Shown: positions 1 through 9,902, counted from the first letter of the stretch. The stretch: DNA of 61,480 nucleotides from Rhodothermales bacterium (GCA_038232935.1 JBBSMX010000005.1:1-61480), one strand, 5' to 3'. The notes: generated from the letters alone by a model not told the origin. Translations and numbers: made by a program.

Positions 1-1
1 C

Positions 2-673
2 TCCGGCCTCGCCGAAGCGCTCGACGCCGCGCCGGGCGTGCGGATCGCGTTCGAGCCGAAGCCCTACGAGCCGCGTGGGCGCATCCTCTATGGGCTCACG
101 CCCGAAGGCGTCCTCCTCGGCCATCAGGTCGAGGCCATGCTCGAGAATGAGGAGAACACGCGACTGCTCGCCGAGGGGCATGCCCTCGTGGGGATGAACC
201 CGGAGATCGGGCACCTGATGATGGGATACGAGGACCTCCCGTACGCGCTCTCGTGGCCGCTCTCCGAAGGCCGCCTCGCGCACACGCACTGGAACAGCCA
301 GCCCCTCGGCAACTTCGACCAGGACCTTAACGTCGGCGTGATCTCGCCGGAGCAGCTCGAAGCCGGGCTCTACACGCTCAAGATGCACGGCTACGACGGG
401 CACTTCGGGATCGACGTGAACCCGGAGCGGATGCCAGTGGACGTGGCGCTGAAAAACTCGATGGACGCCCTCCGCGCCGCGAACGACCGGATCAACGAGC
501 TCGACCACGCTCGGATCGTGGAGGCGACGATGCGGCCGGACAAGCACCGTGGCTTGATCGAGGCCCTCCTGATTCGCGCCCGCGCGCCGCACCCCGACCG
601 GCTCCCACCGGTGGCCGACGCACTCGCGTCTCACCCCACCGCCGCCGCGACCCTCGACGCCGACGAAGGATGA
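2..673 (+). CDS. Xylose isomerase-like TIM-barrel protein, 5'-truncated by window edge
   Basis: Frame is open from base 2. EPKPYEPRG, NPEIGH and NFDQDL match class I xylose isomerase metal/active-site motifs (EPKPNEPRG, NPExGH, YDQDL). Stop overlaps the xylulokinase start (ATGA). Confidence 0.75.
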   Translation, partial: SGLAEALDAAPGVRIAFEPKPYEPRGRILYGLTPEGVLLGHQVEAMLENEENTRLLAEGHALVGMNPEIGHLMMGYEDLPYALSWPLSEGRLAHTHWNSQPLGNFDQDLNVGVISPEQLEAGLYTLKMHGYDGHFGIDVNPERMPVDVALKNSMDALRAANDRINELDHARIVEATMRPDKHRGLIEALLIRARAPHPDRLPPVADALASHPTAAATLDADEG

Positions 674-1527
674 GCTATCTCCTCGGCATCGATGTCGGCA
701 CGTCCGGCTGCAAGGCCGTCCTCGTCGACGAAGCTGGGCGTGCCGTGGCAACGGCGACGCGGGGGTACCCGCTCTATTCGCTGCGCGCCGCGTGGGCCGA
801 GCAGGACCCGGAGGACTGGTGGCAGGCGACGTGCGAGAGCATACGCGCGGTGCTCGATGCGGCGTCGGTCGCGCCCGTCGCGGTGGCGAGCGTCGGGCTG
901 ACGGGGCAGATGCACGGCCTCGTCCTGCTCAACGCAGCCGGTGACGTGCTCCGCCCCGCGATCTTGTGGAACGACCAACGCTCCGCCGCCGAATGCGCCG
1001 CGATCACCGAAACGGTCGGCCTCCGCCGATTGCTCGACCTCACGGGCAACCGGGTGCTGCCGGGGTTCACCGCGCCCAAGCTGCTGTGGGTCCGCGCGCA
1101 CGAGCCCGAGGTCTACGCGCGCGTCGCGCACGTCCTGCTGCCGAAGGACTATGTCCGCTACCGGCTCACCGGTACGCTGGCGACAGATGTGAGCGATCTC
1201 ATGGCGGATACCGGGCTGCAGGGGCGCGAGGCTCGGATCGCCGGCGGCGGCGCGCGAAGCCTCCTCTGGCAGCAGATCGTCGCCGATGTGCTCCAACTCG
1301 CTCTCACGCCTACGACAACAGAAGGGGCCGCCTACGGTGCAGCCCTTCTCGCGGGCGTCGGAGCCGGCGTCTGGCCCGACGTGCCCACTGCTAGTCGAGC
1401 GCTCCGCCCCACCGCCGACGTGGTCGAACCCGGCGATACCGCCGAACTCTACACCAAACTCTACGAGCGATACCCCGCGCTGTACCCCGCGCTCGCGCCC
1501 CACTTCGCCGCGCTCGCCGCTCTTTAG
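670..1527 (+). pseudogene. xylB: Xylulokinase (FGGY family) with large in-frame internal deletion
   Basis: LGIDVGTSG, EQDPEDWW, GQMHG, ILWNDQR and LPKDYVRYRLTG are typical XylB N-domain motifs. After TDVSD the protein jumps to LM...GGGARS.LW.QI.ADV. Only 285 aa versus about 500 aa for the family. Confidence 0.7.
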
Positions 1528-1533
1528 AACGCT

Positions 1534-1721
1534 TACCAAAACCAATCAACGCTGTCATAGCGAGGAGTGCAGGGACTCGTCCCGTAGCGACGCGGCCATC
1601 TCCCGAGTTCAGCGAGCCGGGAGAGAAGGGCTTCGCCGAGCCTTCGGATTGCCACACTCCCGGAGCCTGCCCTGAGCGCAGCCGAAGGGGTCGCTCGCAA
1701 TGACGACGCTGGGCTTTGGTA
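1534..1721. repeat. Nested palindromic REP/RPE-like element between convergent genes; possible bidirectional terminator
   Basis: Arms GTCATAGCGAG (1554) / CTCGCAATGAC (1694-1704); outer arms TACCAAAACC (1534) / GGCTTTGGTA (1712-1721); inner hairpin 1625-1645; embedded GCCTGCCCTGAGCGCAGCCGAAGGG (1665-1689). Confidence 0.7.
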
Positions 1722-1732
1722 GGGACCCTCAG

Positions 1733-2770
1733 TCAGCGCTCAACACGACCGGAGCCGCTGCCCGAAGCCAGCTTCTCCACCTCGTCGACGCTCACGAGGT
1801 TGAAGTCGCCGGGAATCGTCTGTTTCAGGCACGACGCGGCGACGGCGAATTCAAGCGCATCGCGCGTGTCGTCTTTGGTGAGCAGGCCGTAGATCAGCCC
1901 CGCCGCGAAGCTGTCCCCGCCGCCGACGCGGTCGACGAGCGTGATCTCGTAGCGCTGGCTGCGGTGTGGATCGGCACAGTCGCGGTCGTCGTGAAGCATG
2001 GCGCTCCAACCGTTGAGCGAGGCCGAAAAGCTCTCGCGGAGCGTGACGGCGACGGCGTCGAAATCATATTCCGCTTTCAGCTCACGGCAGAGACGGCGGT
2101 AGCCGGAAGCGTCGAGTTCACCCGCCTCCACGTCCGTCGCGCCCGCCTCGAAACCCAGGCTCCGCTCGGCGTCCTCTTCGTTCGCGATGCACACGTCCAC
2201 GTACTCCATCAGCGGGCGCATTACGGCCTGTGCCTCGGCTGTCGTCCAGAGCTTAGCGCGAAAGTTGAGGTCGCACGAGACCGTCACCCCGGCCGCCTTC
2301 GCCGCGTCGAGCGCGGCCTGCAACGTGCGGCGTGGACCGTCGCCGAGGGCGGGCGTGATCCCCGTCCAGTGGAACCACCGCGCGCCGTCGAACACCGCCG
2401 CCCAGTCGATCTCCTCCGGCGCGAGCGTCGTCACGGCGGCGTCGGCCCGGTCGTAGATCACCTTCGAAGGGCGCTGGCTCGCGCCGGTTTCGAGGAAATA
2501 GATCCCGAGCCGGTCGCCGCCGCGCACGAGGTAATCCGTCCCGACGCCGTAGCGCCGGAGGTGGTTCACCGCCGCCTGGCCGATCTCGTGCGCCGGCACC
2601 TTGGATACGAAGTGGCTGTCGAAGCCGAACTGCGCGAGCGACGCGGCGACGTTCGCCTCGCCACCGCCGTAGGTCGCGTCGAACTGCTGCGACTGGACGA
2701 AGCGAGTGAAGTCCGGCGTCGAGAGCCGGAGCATGATCTCGCCGAAGGTGACGACTTTGTGCGATGACAT
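1733..2770 (-). CDS. kdgK: 2-keto-3-deoxygluconate kinase (PfkB family)
   Basis: VVTFGEIMLRLS, GGGEANVA, DLNFRAKLW and VDRVGGGDSFAAG motifs; divergent from eda. Confidence 0.88.
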   Translation of the reverse strand: MSSHKVVTFGEIMLRLSTPDFTRFVQSQQFDATYGGGEANVAASLAQFGFDSHFVSKVPAHEIGQAAVNHLRRYGVGTDYLVRGGDRLGIYFLETGASQRPSKVIYDRADAAVTTLAPEEIDWAAVFDGARWFHWTGITPALGDGPRRTLQAALDAAKAAGVTVSCDLNFRAKLWTTAEAQAVMRPLMEYVDVCIANEEDAERSLGFEAGATDVEAGELDASGYRRLCRELKAEYDFDAVAVTLRESFSASLNGWSAMLHDDRDCADPHRSQRYEITLVDRVGGGDSFAAGLIYGLLTKDDTRDALEFAVAASCLKQTIPGDFNLVSVDEVEKLASGSGSGRVER

Positions 2771-2800
2771 GGGGTGCGAAATGGGTGAACAGAACGGATG

Positions 2801-2825
2801 AATGCTGATTTGAAACGGCGTGCGA
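2801..2825. promoter_or_regulatory. Candidate IclR/KdgR-type operator (weak copy) between kdgK and eda
   Basis: AATGCT-GATT-TGAAAC-GGC-GTGCGA; shares ATTTGAAACG.CGT with the site directly upstream of the IclR gene. Confidence 0.35.
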
Positions 2826-2872
2826 ATGCGACGGATCGTATGCTTGAACTTCCCCCATCAACCCGCCTGATC

Positions 2873-3532
2873 ATGCCGACCGACCCCGCCGCCCGCCGCC
2901 ACGCCGTCACCGAGCGCGTCCTCGCAGCGGGCGTCGTCGCGGTGATCCGCCTCGACGATCCCGACGCCATGCCGCATGTCGTCGAGGCGCTGCAAGCGGG
3001 AAGCGTGACGGGGATCGAGATTACGATGACGGTGCCGAACGCGCTCGCGCTCCTCCGCGAAACCGCCGACCGGTTCGGCGACGACATCGTGCTCGGCGTC
3101 GGCTCCGTGCTGGACGCGCAGGGCGCGCGCGACGCGGTGGCGGCCGGGGCGCGGTTCGTCGTGAGCCCGGTGATGAAACCGGAGATCATCGAGGCCTCGC
3201 ACGCAGCGGGCGCGCCGGCGTTCGTCGGCGCGTTCACGCCGACCGAGATCCAGACCGCCCACGAGCACGGCGCAGACATCGTTAAGGTCTTCCCCGCCGA
3301 TGTGCTCGGGATGGCGTTCTTCAAAGGCGTGCTCGCCCCGATGCCCCATCTCCGACTGATGCCCACGGGCGGCGTATCGCTTACGAACGCGGGCGACTGG
3401 GTTCGCGCCGGGGCCTGCGCCGTCGGCGTCGGCAGCGCGCTCCTCGACAAACAGGCCATCGCGGACGGGCGGTTCGAGGTGCTGACGGAGCGGGCGCGGA
3501 CGATCACGGAGAGCTTCCGGTCCGCCGTCTGA
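2873..3532 (+). CDS. eda: KDPG/KHG aldolase
   Basis: VVAVIR, IEITMT, G.GSVL, FVVSP, TPTEI, VKVFPA and MPTGGV motifs; ATG at 2873 chosen over longer upstream starts. Confidence 0.9.
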   Translation: MPTDPAARRHAVTERVLAAGVVAVIRLDDPDAMPHVVEALQAGSVTGIEITMTVPNALALLRETADRFGDDIVLGVGSVLDAQGARDAVAAGARFVVSPVMKPEIIEASHAAGAPAFVGAFTPTEIQTAHEHGADIVKVFPADVLGMAFFKGVLAPMPHLRLMPTGGVSLTNAGDWVRAGACAVGVGSALLDKQAIADGRFEVLTERARTITESFRSAV

Positions 3533-3560
3533 GATCAAAGAACAGGACCGCACAGAGTCG

Positions 3561-4148
3561 CTATGCGGCGTCGAGCAGGAACACGGTGAGGCTACGCGCG
3601 CCGTGCGCGCCGATCACGAGCGCCTGCTCGATGTCAGCGGTTTTGGACGGGCCGGCGAGGAACGCGCCGAAACCCTCGGCGGTCACGTCGAGCCGGGCGT
3701 AGGCCTCGTGCATGTTCCAGACGAGGGCATCGGCGTCGAGCGCGAGGACGAGGTGCTGCGTGAGGTACGGCGCGGCGCGGTGCCCCATCCGCGACTCCGG
3801 CACCCACACGGCCCCGTTTTCGGCGACGCCGAGCACGCCCCGGCAGACGAACACGTCGATGTCCGCGAGGTCATGCGGGTCCTCGACGGTGCGCAAGTCC
3901 TTCGTGCCTGTCACGAGGTCGGGCGCGGCAGAGGCGATCACGGCAGCGTCGGGGAACCGCTCGGCGAGGGCGGCGACCACCGAGTCCGGCTGCACCGTCC
4001 GCATCGTGCCGCCGATCCCGACGATGGCCTCGGCGAACCGGGCCGGCAGATCGAGGTCGGGCCGCTCGAAGCGATCGAGCGTCGGGAGCGGGACGGACGG
4101 CGGACGGTTCCGCCGGACCGCGCCGAGAATGTCGTCGCGGCTGCTCAT
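3561..4148 (-). CDS. lutC: Lactate utilisation protein C (LUD domain)
   Basis: GVAENG and GPSKTADIEQ.LV.GAHG motifs; start overlaps lutB stop. Confidence 0.85.
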   Translation of the reverse strand: MSSRDDILGAVRRNRPPSVPLPTLDRFERPDLDLPARFAEAIVGIGGTMRTVQPDSVVAALAERFPDAAVIASAAPDLVTGTKDLRTVEDPHDLADIDVFVCRGVLGVAENGAVWVPESRMGHRAAPYLTQHLVLALDADALVWNMHEAYARLDVTAEGFGAFLAGPSKTADIEQALVIGAHGARSLTVFLLDAA

Positions 4149-5557
4149 CCGTCGCCTCGGGTGTCGGCCGGGCGGTTCTCGGCGACCCAGTCGCGGAAGC
4201 TCTGGCGCGGCGGCTCGGGCAGGTCGCGCGAGCGACCCCACGCATTGAGACGGTTATAGACCACCCCGCGCGGTAGCCAGCGCAGCAGACGGCGCGCCAC
4301 GCGCCCGCCCATCCGGTAGAGCCACGGGCGCTGGAACACCTGTCCCGCGAGCGCCATCGCGCGCCGCTTCCCGGTCCCGGCTAGCCCCTCCGTCCCGACG
4401 ATCTGCCGCCACTTATAAAGCTGCGTGTGGATGTCGATCTTGACCGGGCACACGTCGCTGCACGAGCCGCAGAGGGTGGACGCGAACGGGAGCGTGCTGA
4501 ACTTCTTCAGATCGATACCCGGCGTGAGGATCGAGCCGATGGGGCCGGGCACGGTCCAGCCGTAGCTGTGGCCGCCGCTGCGACGGTAGACCGGGCACGT
4601 GTTCATGCACGCCCCGCAGCGGATGCACTTCAGCGCAGCGCGGAAGTCCTCGCGCCCGAGGTGCTCGCTCCGCCCGTTGTCCACCAGCACGACGTGGATC
4701 TCCTGCTCGGGGCGCGGACGGAGATGGTGCGACGTGTAGACCGTCAGGTCCTGCCCCGTCGCGCTCCGCGCCAGGAGCCGCAGGAAGACGCCGAGGTGCT
4801 CGGCCTTCGGGATCAGCTTCTCGATGCCCATGCTCGCGATGTGCAGCGGTGCGAGGTGAACGCCGAGGTCGGCGTTGCCCTCGTTCGTGCAGACGACGAA
4901 GCCGCCCGTCTCGGCGATGCCGAAGTTGACGCCGGTGAGCGCAGCATCGGCGGCGAGGAAGCGGGTGCGGAGGTGCTGCCGCGCCACCTCGGTGAGCACC
5001 TGCGGGTCCGACTCACCGGCCTCACTCCCGAGCTTCTCGTGGAACAGCGTACCGACCTCCGCCTTCCGGAGGTGGATCGCCGGCAGCACGATGTGGCTCG
5101 GCGACTGGCCGGCCAACTGCACGATCCACTCCCCGAGATCCGTATCCACGACCTCGATGCCCTGCGCTTTGAGGTACGGGTTCAGCTTGCACTCCTCCGT
5201 GAGCATCGACTTGCTCTTGACGAGCCGCCGGACGCCCCGCTCGGCCAGGATCGCATGAACAATCCGGTTGTGCTCCGCCGCGTCGCGCGCCCAGTGGACG
5301 TGCAGGCCGTTGGCTGTCGCCTGTTCTTCGAACCGAACGAGGTGCTCGTCGAGGTGCGAGAGCGTGTGCTCCTTGATCTGCGACGCCAACTCGCGCAGCG
5401 CCTCCCACTCCGGCACGGACTGGCTCGCGCGGTCCCGCTTGGCGCGGACGTGCCACAGCGCGCCGTCGTGCCAGTCCGTGCGCGCCTCATCGGCGACGAA
5501 CCGGGTGGCAGCGGCGGGATGGTCGATGACGGGAAGGTCGAAGGCGAGGTCGCTCAT
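4145..5557 (-). CDS. lutB: Lactate utilisation protein B (LUD domain + 4Fe-4S)
   Basis: KSKSM, TDLGE, TNEGNA, CIRCGACMNTCP and LCGSCSDVCP motifs. Confidence 0.92.
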   Translation of the reverse strand: MSDLAFDLPVIDHPAAATRFVADEARTDWHDGALWHVRAKRDRASQSVPEWEALRELASQIKEHTLSHLDEHLVRFEEQATANGLHVHWARDAAEHNRIVHAILAERGVRRLVKSKSMLTEECKLNPYLKAQGIEVVDTDLGEWIVQLAGQSPSHIVLPAIHLRKAEVGTLFHEKLGSEAGESDPQVLTEVARQHLRTRFLAADAALTGVNFGIAETGGFVVCTNEGNADLGVHLAPLHIASMGIEKLIPKAEHLGVFLRLLARSATGQDLTVYTSHHLRPRPEQEIHVVLVDNGRSEHLGREDFRAALKCIRCGACMNTCPVYRRSGGHSYGWTVPGPIGSILTPGIDLKKFSTLPFASTLCGSCSDVCPVKIDIHTQLYKWRQIVGTEGLAGTGKRRAMALAGQVFQRPWLYRMGGRVARRLLRWLPRGVVYNRLNAWGRSRDLPEPPRQSFRDWVAENRPADTRGDG

Positions 5558-6294
5558 GCCGGGACCCCGTTGAGGATTTCAGCGACGTGGCGGAACTGGA
5601 CCGGAGCGCCCTGCCGCCGGGCGAGGCCGGCGAGATGCATCAGGCACGACGAGTCCGTCGCGGTGATCACCTCGGCGCCGTGGCCGATGTGGTCGCGCAG
5701 ACGGTCGCGGCCCATCTTGGCCGAGAGCGCCTCCTCGGTGACGGAGAACGTCCCGCCGAAGCCGCAGCACTCGTCGGCGCGGTCGAGCGGGACGAGATCG
5801 AGGCCGTCCACCATCTCCAGCAGACGCCGGACTTTGCTGTACGGCGGGGCATTCAGCTCCGACGCGCTGCCGAGCCGGAGCCCGCGCAGCCCGTGGCAGC
5901 TCTCGTGCAACCCGACGCGGTGCGGGAACCGCGCGTGGAGCGCCTCGACGCCAAGCACGTCGGTCAGGAACTCGCACAACTCGAACACGCGGGCGCGTAC
6001 GTGCTGCACGGCGTCGGTCTGGTCGAGCCGTCCGTAGTGCTCGCGGACGTGCGCCACACAACTCCCCGACGGCGCGACGATGGTTTCGTACGGCGCGAAC
6101 GTCTCGACGAACCGGCGCATCGCGCCGTCGCTCTGCCCCTCGAAGCCCGCGTTTGCCATCGGCTGGCCGCAGCACGTCTGGTCGAGCGGGATGGCGACGG
6201 TGCAGCCCTGCCGCTCCAGCAGCTCCAGCGTCGCCCGCGCCACGCCGGGGTAGAGTTGATCGATGTAGCAGGGAACGAAGAGCGCGACGGTCAT
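5554..6294 (-). CDS. lutA: Lactate utilisation protein A (CCG domains)
   Basis: ALFVPCY, QTCCGQP, SGSC, HESCH, ECCGFGGTF and SCLMHL motifs. Confidence 0.92.
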   Translation of the reverse strand: MTVALFVPCYIDQLYPGVARATLELLERQGCTVAIPLDQTCCGQPMANAGFEGQSDGAMRRFVETFAPYETIVAPSGSCVAHVREHYGRLDQTDAVQHVRARVFELCEFLTDVLGVEALHARFPHRVGLHESCHGLRGLRLGSASELNAPPYSKVRRLLEMVDGLDLVPLDRADECCGFGGTFSVTEEALSAKMGRDRLRDHIGHGAEVITATDSSCLMHLAGLARRQGAPVQFRHVAEILNGVPA

Positions 6295-6303
6295 CGGAGC
6301 CGG

Positions 6304-8502
6304 TTAGCGGAGGAAGGCGTCGCGGAGCCCGCCGTCCACGGTAATGATCTGGCCGGTCGTCTTGGCGAGCGTGTCGCTGAGGAGCAGATAGATCGCCTCG
6401 GCCTGATCGCTCGGCGTGACGGGCTGGTCGGTGAGCGTGCGGCTCGCGTAGAACTGGGCGAGGCGTTGCCGCAGCGTCTCCGTGTCTTCGTCCTCGCTGT
6501 AGTCGAGGTCATACTTCGCGAGCGAGGCCATCACGCGGTCGCGCGGAAACATCGACGATCCCTCCACAACCGTCGCCGGGGCGACTCCGTTGACGCGCAC
6601 GCGTGGGGCGAGGGCGACGGCGAGTTCGCGGACGAGGTGGTTTGCGGCGGCCTTCGACGTGTCGTAGGCGAAGCTGCCCGCCTTCGGCACGACGGCGTTC
6701 ACACTCGTCGTGATGACGAGGCTGCCAGCCAGATCCTGCGCTTCCCACACCTTCGCCGCTTCGTCGGCCACGAGGAAGGGGCCGGTGACGTTGACGCGGA
6801 ACGTGTCGTCCCACTTCGCGTCGGGGATGCGGCCCTCGGTGTCGGGATTCGGATAGAGTCCCGCCGTGACGACGACGTGATCGACGCCGCCGTAGGCCAG
6901 AATCGTCTGCCCGATGGCATCCCGGATCGAGTCGCGGTCGGTCATGTCGCAGCCGAGCCCGATCACATCGCCGGAGCCCGAGATCCCGGTCCCGCCCACG
7001 CCGATCCCCATCCCGATCCGGCCGAGCACGTCCTCGGCCGTCGCCTGCGCTGCCTCTTCGTGGAGATCGACGACAGCGACGACAGCGCCCTCGCGGATCA
7101 GTCGCCCGACGAGCTCTTTCCCGATCCCGCTCCCACCTCCGACGACGACCGCGATCCGGCGGGCAAGCGCCTGCTCGGGCGGCATCCGTTGGAGCTTGGC
7201 CTCTTCGAGCGCCCAGTATTCGATGTCGAACGCCTCCTGCCGCGGGAGGGCCGTGTATTGATCGACGGACTCGGCCCCGCGCATCACCTCGATGGCGCAC
7301 TTGTAAAACTCCGCCGTGACGCGGCTCTCGCTCTTCGACTTGCCCCACGCGACGAGCCCGACGCCGGGGAGGAGGATGACGGTCGGATCGCCGCCGCGCA
7401 TCGCGGGCGAGCCGGGGACGTTGCAGGCGTCGTAGTACGCGGCGTAGTCCTCGCGGTACTGCGCGAGCCCATCGTCGAGCGCGGACTTGAGCGATGCGGC
7501 GTCGCCGGTCGCGGGGTCCCAATCGACGTAGAGCGGCTTGATCTTCGTCCGCAGGAAGTGGTCCGGGCACGACGTGCCGAGCTCGGCCAGTTCTTCGGCC
7601 CGGTTCGCGCTCACGAAGTCCACGACGTTCCCCCTCGTCTCGACCGTCGCGATCATGCGGCGGTCGCTACCGAGCCGCCCACGCAGCCACGGCAGCACAT
7701 CGATCAGGAGCGCGTCGCGCGCCTCGTCATCCATCGGCTCGACCCTCGCACCGCCGAAGACCGCCTGCCCCTCGTCGAACTGCGCGAGATACTTCGCCGC
7801 CTGGTCGATGAGACGGAGCGTGAGCTGGTAGCACTCCTTGTCGTCGTCGGCCCAGTTGATGAGGCCGTGGCCGCCCATGAGGATGCCCTTCGCCTCGGGG
7901 TGCTCGCGGCAGACGCGCTGCATCTCCAGCCCGAGCTCGAAGCCCGGCCGCATCCAGTCGACCCAGACGATTTCGTCGCCGTAGACCTTCTTCGTCATCT
8001 CCGGCCCGGCCGCCGCCGTCGCGAGCGCGATCACCGCGACGGGGTGCATGTGATCGACGTGCTTGAACGGGATGAAGCTGTGGAGCGGCGTATCGATGGA
8101 GGGCGCGCGCGGATTGAGGTCGAACGTGGTGTGCGGGTACATCGCCACCATCGCGTCCTCGGCAGGCGTCTTGAGGCCGCGCTCGGGGAAGCGGGCGTAG
8201 ACCTCCTGCAGCGCCATCACCTGGTCCTGGTAGAGCGAGGCGAAGTTCTTCCGCTTCGACGTCCGCAGGTCGCCGCCGGAGCCCTTCACCCACAGCACCT
8301 CGACCGCCTCGCCGGTGATCGGGTCCGTTTCGGTGAGCTTGGTGGAGGTGTTGCCGCCGCCGGTGTTCGTGATGCGCCAGTCGCTGCCGAGGAGGTTCGA
8401 ACGGTAGACGAGCCGCTCGACGGGATCGAGTGCGTCGGCCACCTCGTCGTCCCACAGGTCTTCGACAAATTGGAGCTGGTGGGTATCGGTCTGGGGTTCC
8501 AT
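6304..8502 (-). CDS. rhaD: Bifunctional rhamnulose-1-phosphate aldolase / short-chain (lactaldehyde) dehydrogenase (RhaEW type)
   Basis: RSNLLG...GGGNTS, KGSGGDL, PSIDTPLH, HMHP and SCPDHFLRTK (class II aldolase), followed by SDR domain with GGGSGIG and YDTSK; start ATG 8502. Confidence 0.9.
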   Translation of the reverse strand: MEPQTDTHQLQFVEDLWDDEVADALDPVERLVYRSNLLGSDWRITNTGGGNTSTKLTETDPITGEAVEVLWVKGSGGDLRTSKRKNFASLYQDQVMALQEVYARFPERGLKTPAEDAMVAMYPHTTFDLNPRAPSIDTPLHSFIPFKHVDHMHPVAVIALATAAAGPEMTKKVYGDEIVWVDWMRPGFELGLEMQRVCREHPEAKGILMGGHGLINWADDDKECYQLTLRLIDQAAKYLAQFDEGQAVFGGARVEPMDDEARDALLIDVLPWLRGRLGSDRRMIATVETRGNVVDFVSANRAEELAELGTSCPDHFLRTKIKPLYVDWDPATGDAASLKSALDDGLAQYREDYAAYYDACNVPGSPAMRGGDPTVILLPGVGLVAWGKSKSESRVTAEFYKCAIEVMRGAESVDQYTALPRQEAFDIEYWALEEAKLQRMPPEQALARRIAVVVGGGSGIGKELVGRLIREGAVVAVVDLHEEAAQATAEDVLGRIGMGIGVGGTGISGSGDVIGLGCDMTDRDSIRDAIGQTILAYGGVDHVVVTAGLYPNPDTEGRIPDAKWDDTFRVNVTGPFLVADEAAKVWEAQDLAGSLVITTSVNAVVPKAGSFAYDTSKAAANHLVRELAVALAPRVRVNGVAPATVVEGSSMFPRDRVMASLAKYDLDYSEDEDTETLRQRLAQFYASRTLTDQPVTPSDQAEAIYLLLSDTLAKTTGQIITVDGGLRDAFLR

Positions 8503-8509
8503 GCGTGCG

Positions 8510-9898
8510 CTAGTCGGAGGTAGGAGGATAGGTGCGTAAGTCGCTCGACTGGCGGGCGACATCGCGAATGGTGAGACCGGCGGGAAGATCGCCCATCGTG
8601 CGGGCCTGGACGAGGAGGTTGCCGAGCGCCGTCGCCTCAGCGGGACCGGCGACGACGCGGACCCCGCAGGCATCGGCCGTGAGTTGGCAGAGCAGTCGGT
8701 TCTGTGAGCCGCCGCCGAAGACGTGGAGCACTGCGTACGTCTTCTTCGTCACGCGCTCCAGATCGCGGAGCGCGCGGCGATAGCTCGCGGCGATGCTTTC
8801 GAGAATGAGGCGGGCGACCTCTCCGCGGGTCTCGGGATCGGGCCGTCCCTGCTCATGGCAGGCCGCGCGGATGCGTGCCTCCATCTCACCGCGCGGGAGA
8901 AAACGAGGCTCTTCCAGATCGACGGTAGCCGGACTCGGAGCAGCTTCGGCGGCTTCGGCCTCCAGAACAGCCCAGTCATCGGTTCCCCACTCGCGAGCGC
9001 ACTCCTGCAGCGCCCACAGCCCCGTCAGGTTTTTGAGGAAGCGGATCGTCCCGTCGAGCCCGGCCTCGTGCGTGAACCCGGCTTTGCGGGCAGGCTCGGT
9101 GACGAGCGGCTCGGTGCGGACGGTGCCGAGGAGCGACCACGTTCCGCAACTCACGAACGCCCAATCGTCTCCCGACGCAGGGGCGGCGGCCACCGCGCTC
9201 CCCGTATCGTGCGAGCACGACGCGACGACGGTCACGCTCGGTTCCTGTTTCGCCGGCCCGAGCCGACTCCCCGCCGATACAATCGGCGGCCACGCTTCGG
9301 CGTCGAGTCCGAACGCGCTGAAGAGCGGCGTATCCCAGTCCTGCGAGCGGACATCCACGAGCTGCGTCGTGCTCGCATTCGTACGCTCGATGGCGAGCCG
9401 ACCGCTGAACCGGTAGTTGAAATAGTCGGCGATGAGGAGGTGGTTGCGTGTGCGGCGGACGGCGGCGGGATCGTCCCGTTTGTCGGCGAGGAGTTGGAAG
9501 AGCGTGTTGAAGGGGAGGAATTGAATCCCGGTACGCCCGTAGATCGCCGACGGCGAGAGCGTTTCGAATGCGCGGTCCATCATCCCCTCCATCCGCGCAT
9601 CGCGGTAGCAATACGGCAGACGAACCGCTTCGCCGTCTTCGTCGAGCGGGACGTAGTCCACCGCCCACGAGTCCACCGAAAGCGAGCGCAGACCGGGAGC
9701 TACATCGAGCGCATTACGGAGCCCGATTTGGAGGTCGTCCCACAGCGCGTCGATGTCCCAGAACAGATGCTCGTCCTGCTCGATGATCGGCGTCGGGAAG
9801 CGGTGCACCTCCTCCATCCGCATCACGCCTTCGCCGAGCGTGCCGAGCACGGCACGGCCGCTGGAGGCACCGAGGTCGAAGGCGAGGTAGGCGGGCAT
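8510..9898 (-). CDS. rhaB: Rhamnulokinase
   Basis: AFDLGASSGRA, VDSWAVDY, YRDAR, TGIQFLPFNTLFQL, HDTGSA, SCGTWSLLG and FLKNLTGLW motifs; start ATG 9898. Confidence 0.9.
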   Translation of the reverse strand: MPAYLAFDLGASSGRAVLGTLGEGVMRMEEVHRFPTPIIEQDEHLFWDIDALWDDLQIGLRNALDVAPGLRSLSVDSWAVDYVPLDEDGEAVRLPYCYRDARMEGMMDRAFETLSPSAIYGRTGIQFLPFNTLFQLLADKRDDPAAVRRTRNHLLIADYFNYRFSGRLAIERTNASTTQLVDVRSQDWDTPLFSAFGLDAEAWPPIVSAGSRLGPAKQEPSVTVVASCSHDTGSAVAAAPASGDDWAFVSCGTWSLLGTVRTEPLVTEPARKAGFTHEAGLDGTIRFLKNLTGLWALQECAREWGTDDWAVLEAEAAEAAPSPATVDLEEPRFLPRGEMEARIRAACHEQGRPDPETRGEVARLILESIAASYRRALRDLERVTKKTYAVLHVFGGGSQNRLLCQLTADACGVRVVAGPAEATALGNLLVQARTMGDLPAGLTIRDVARQSSDLRTYPPTSD

Positions 9899-9902
9899 CG
9901 GC

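Noticed and set aside
5587..8523. Very long + strand ORFs opposite real genes (e.g. 978 aa here; also 22111..24573, 34118..35884)
   Set aside because: Antisense shadows typical of high-GC DNA; no motifs, and the opposite strand has clear family signatures.
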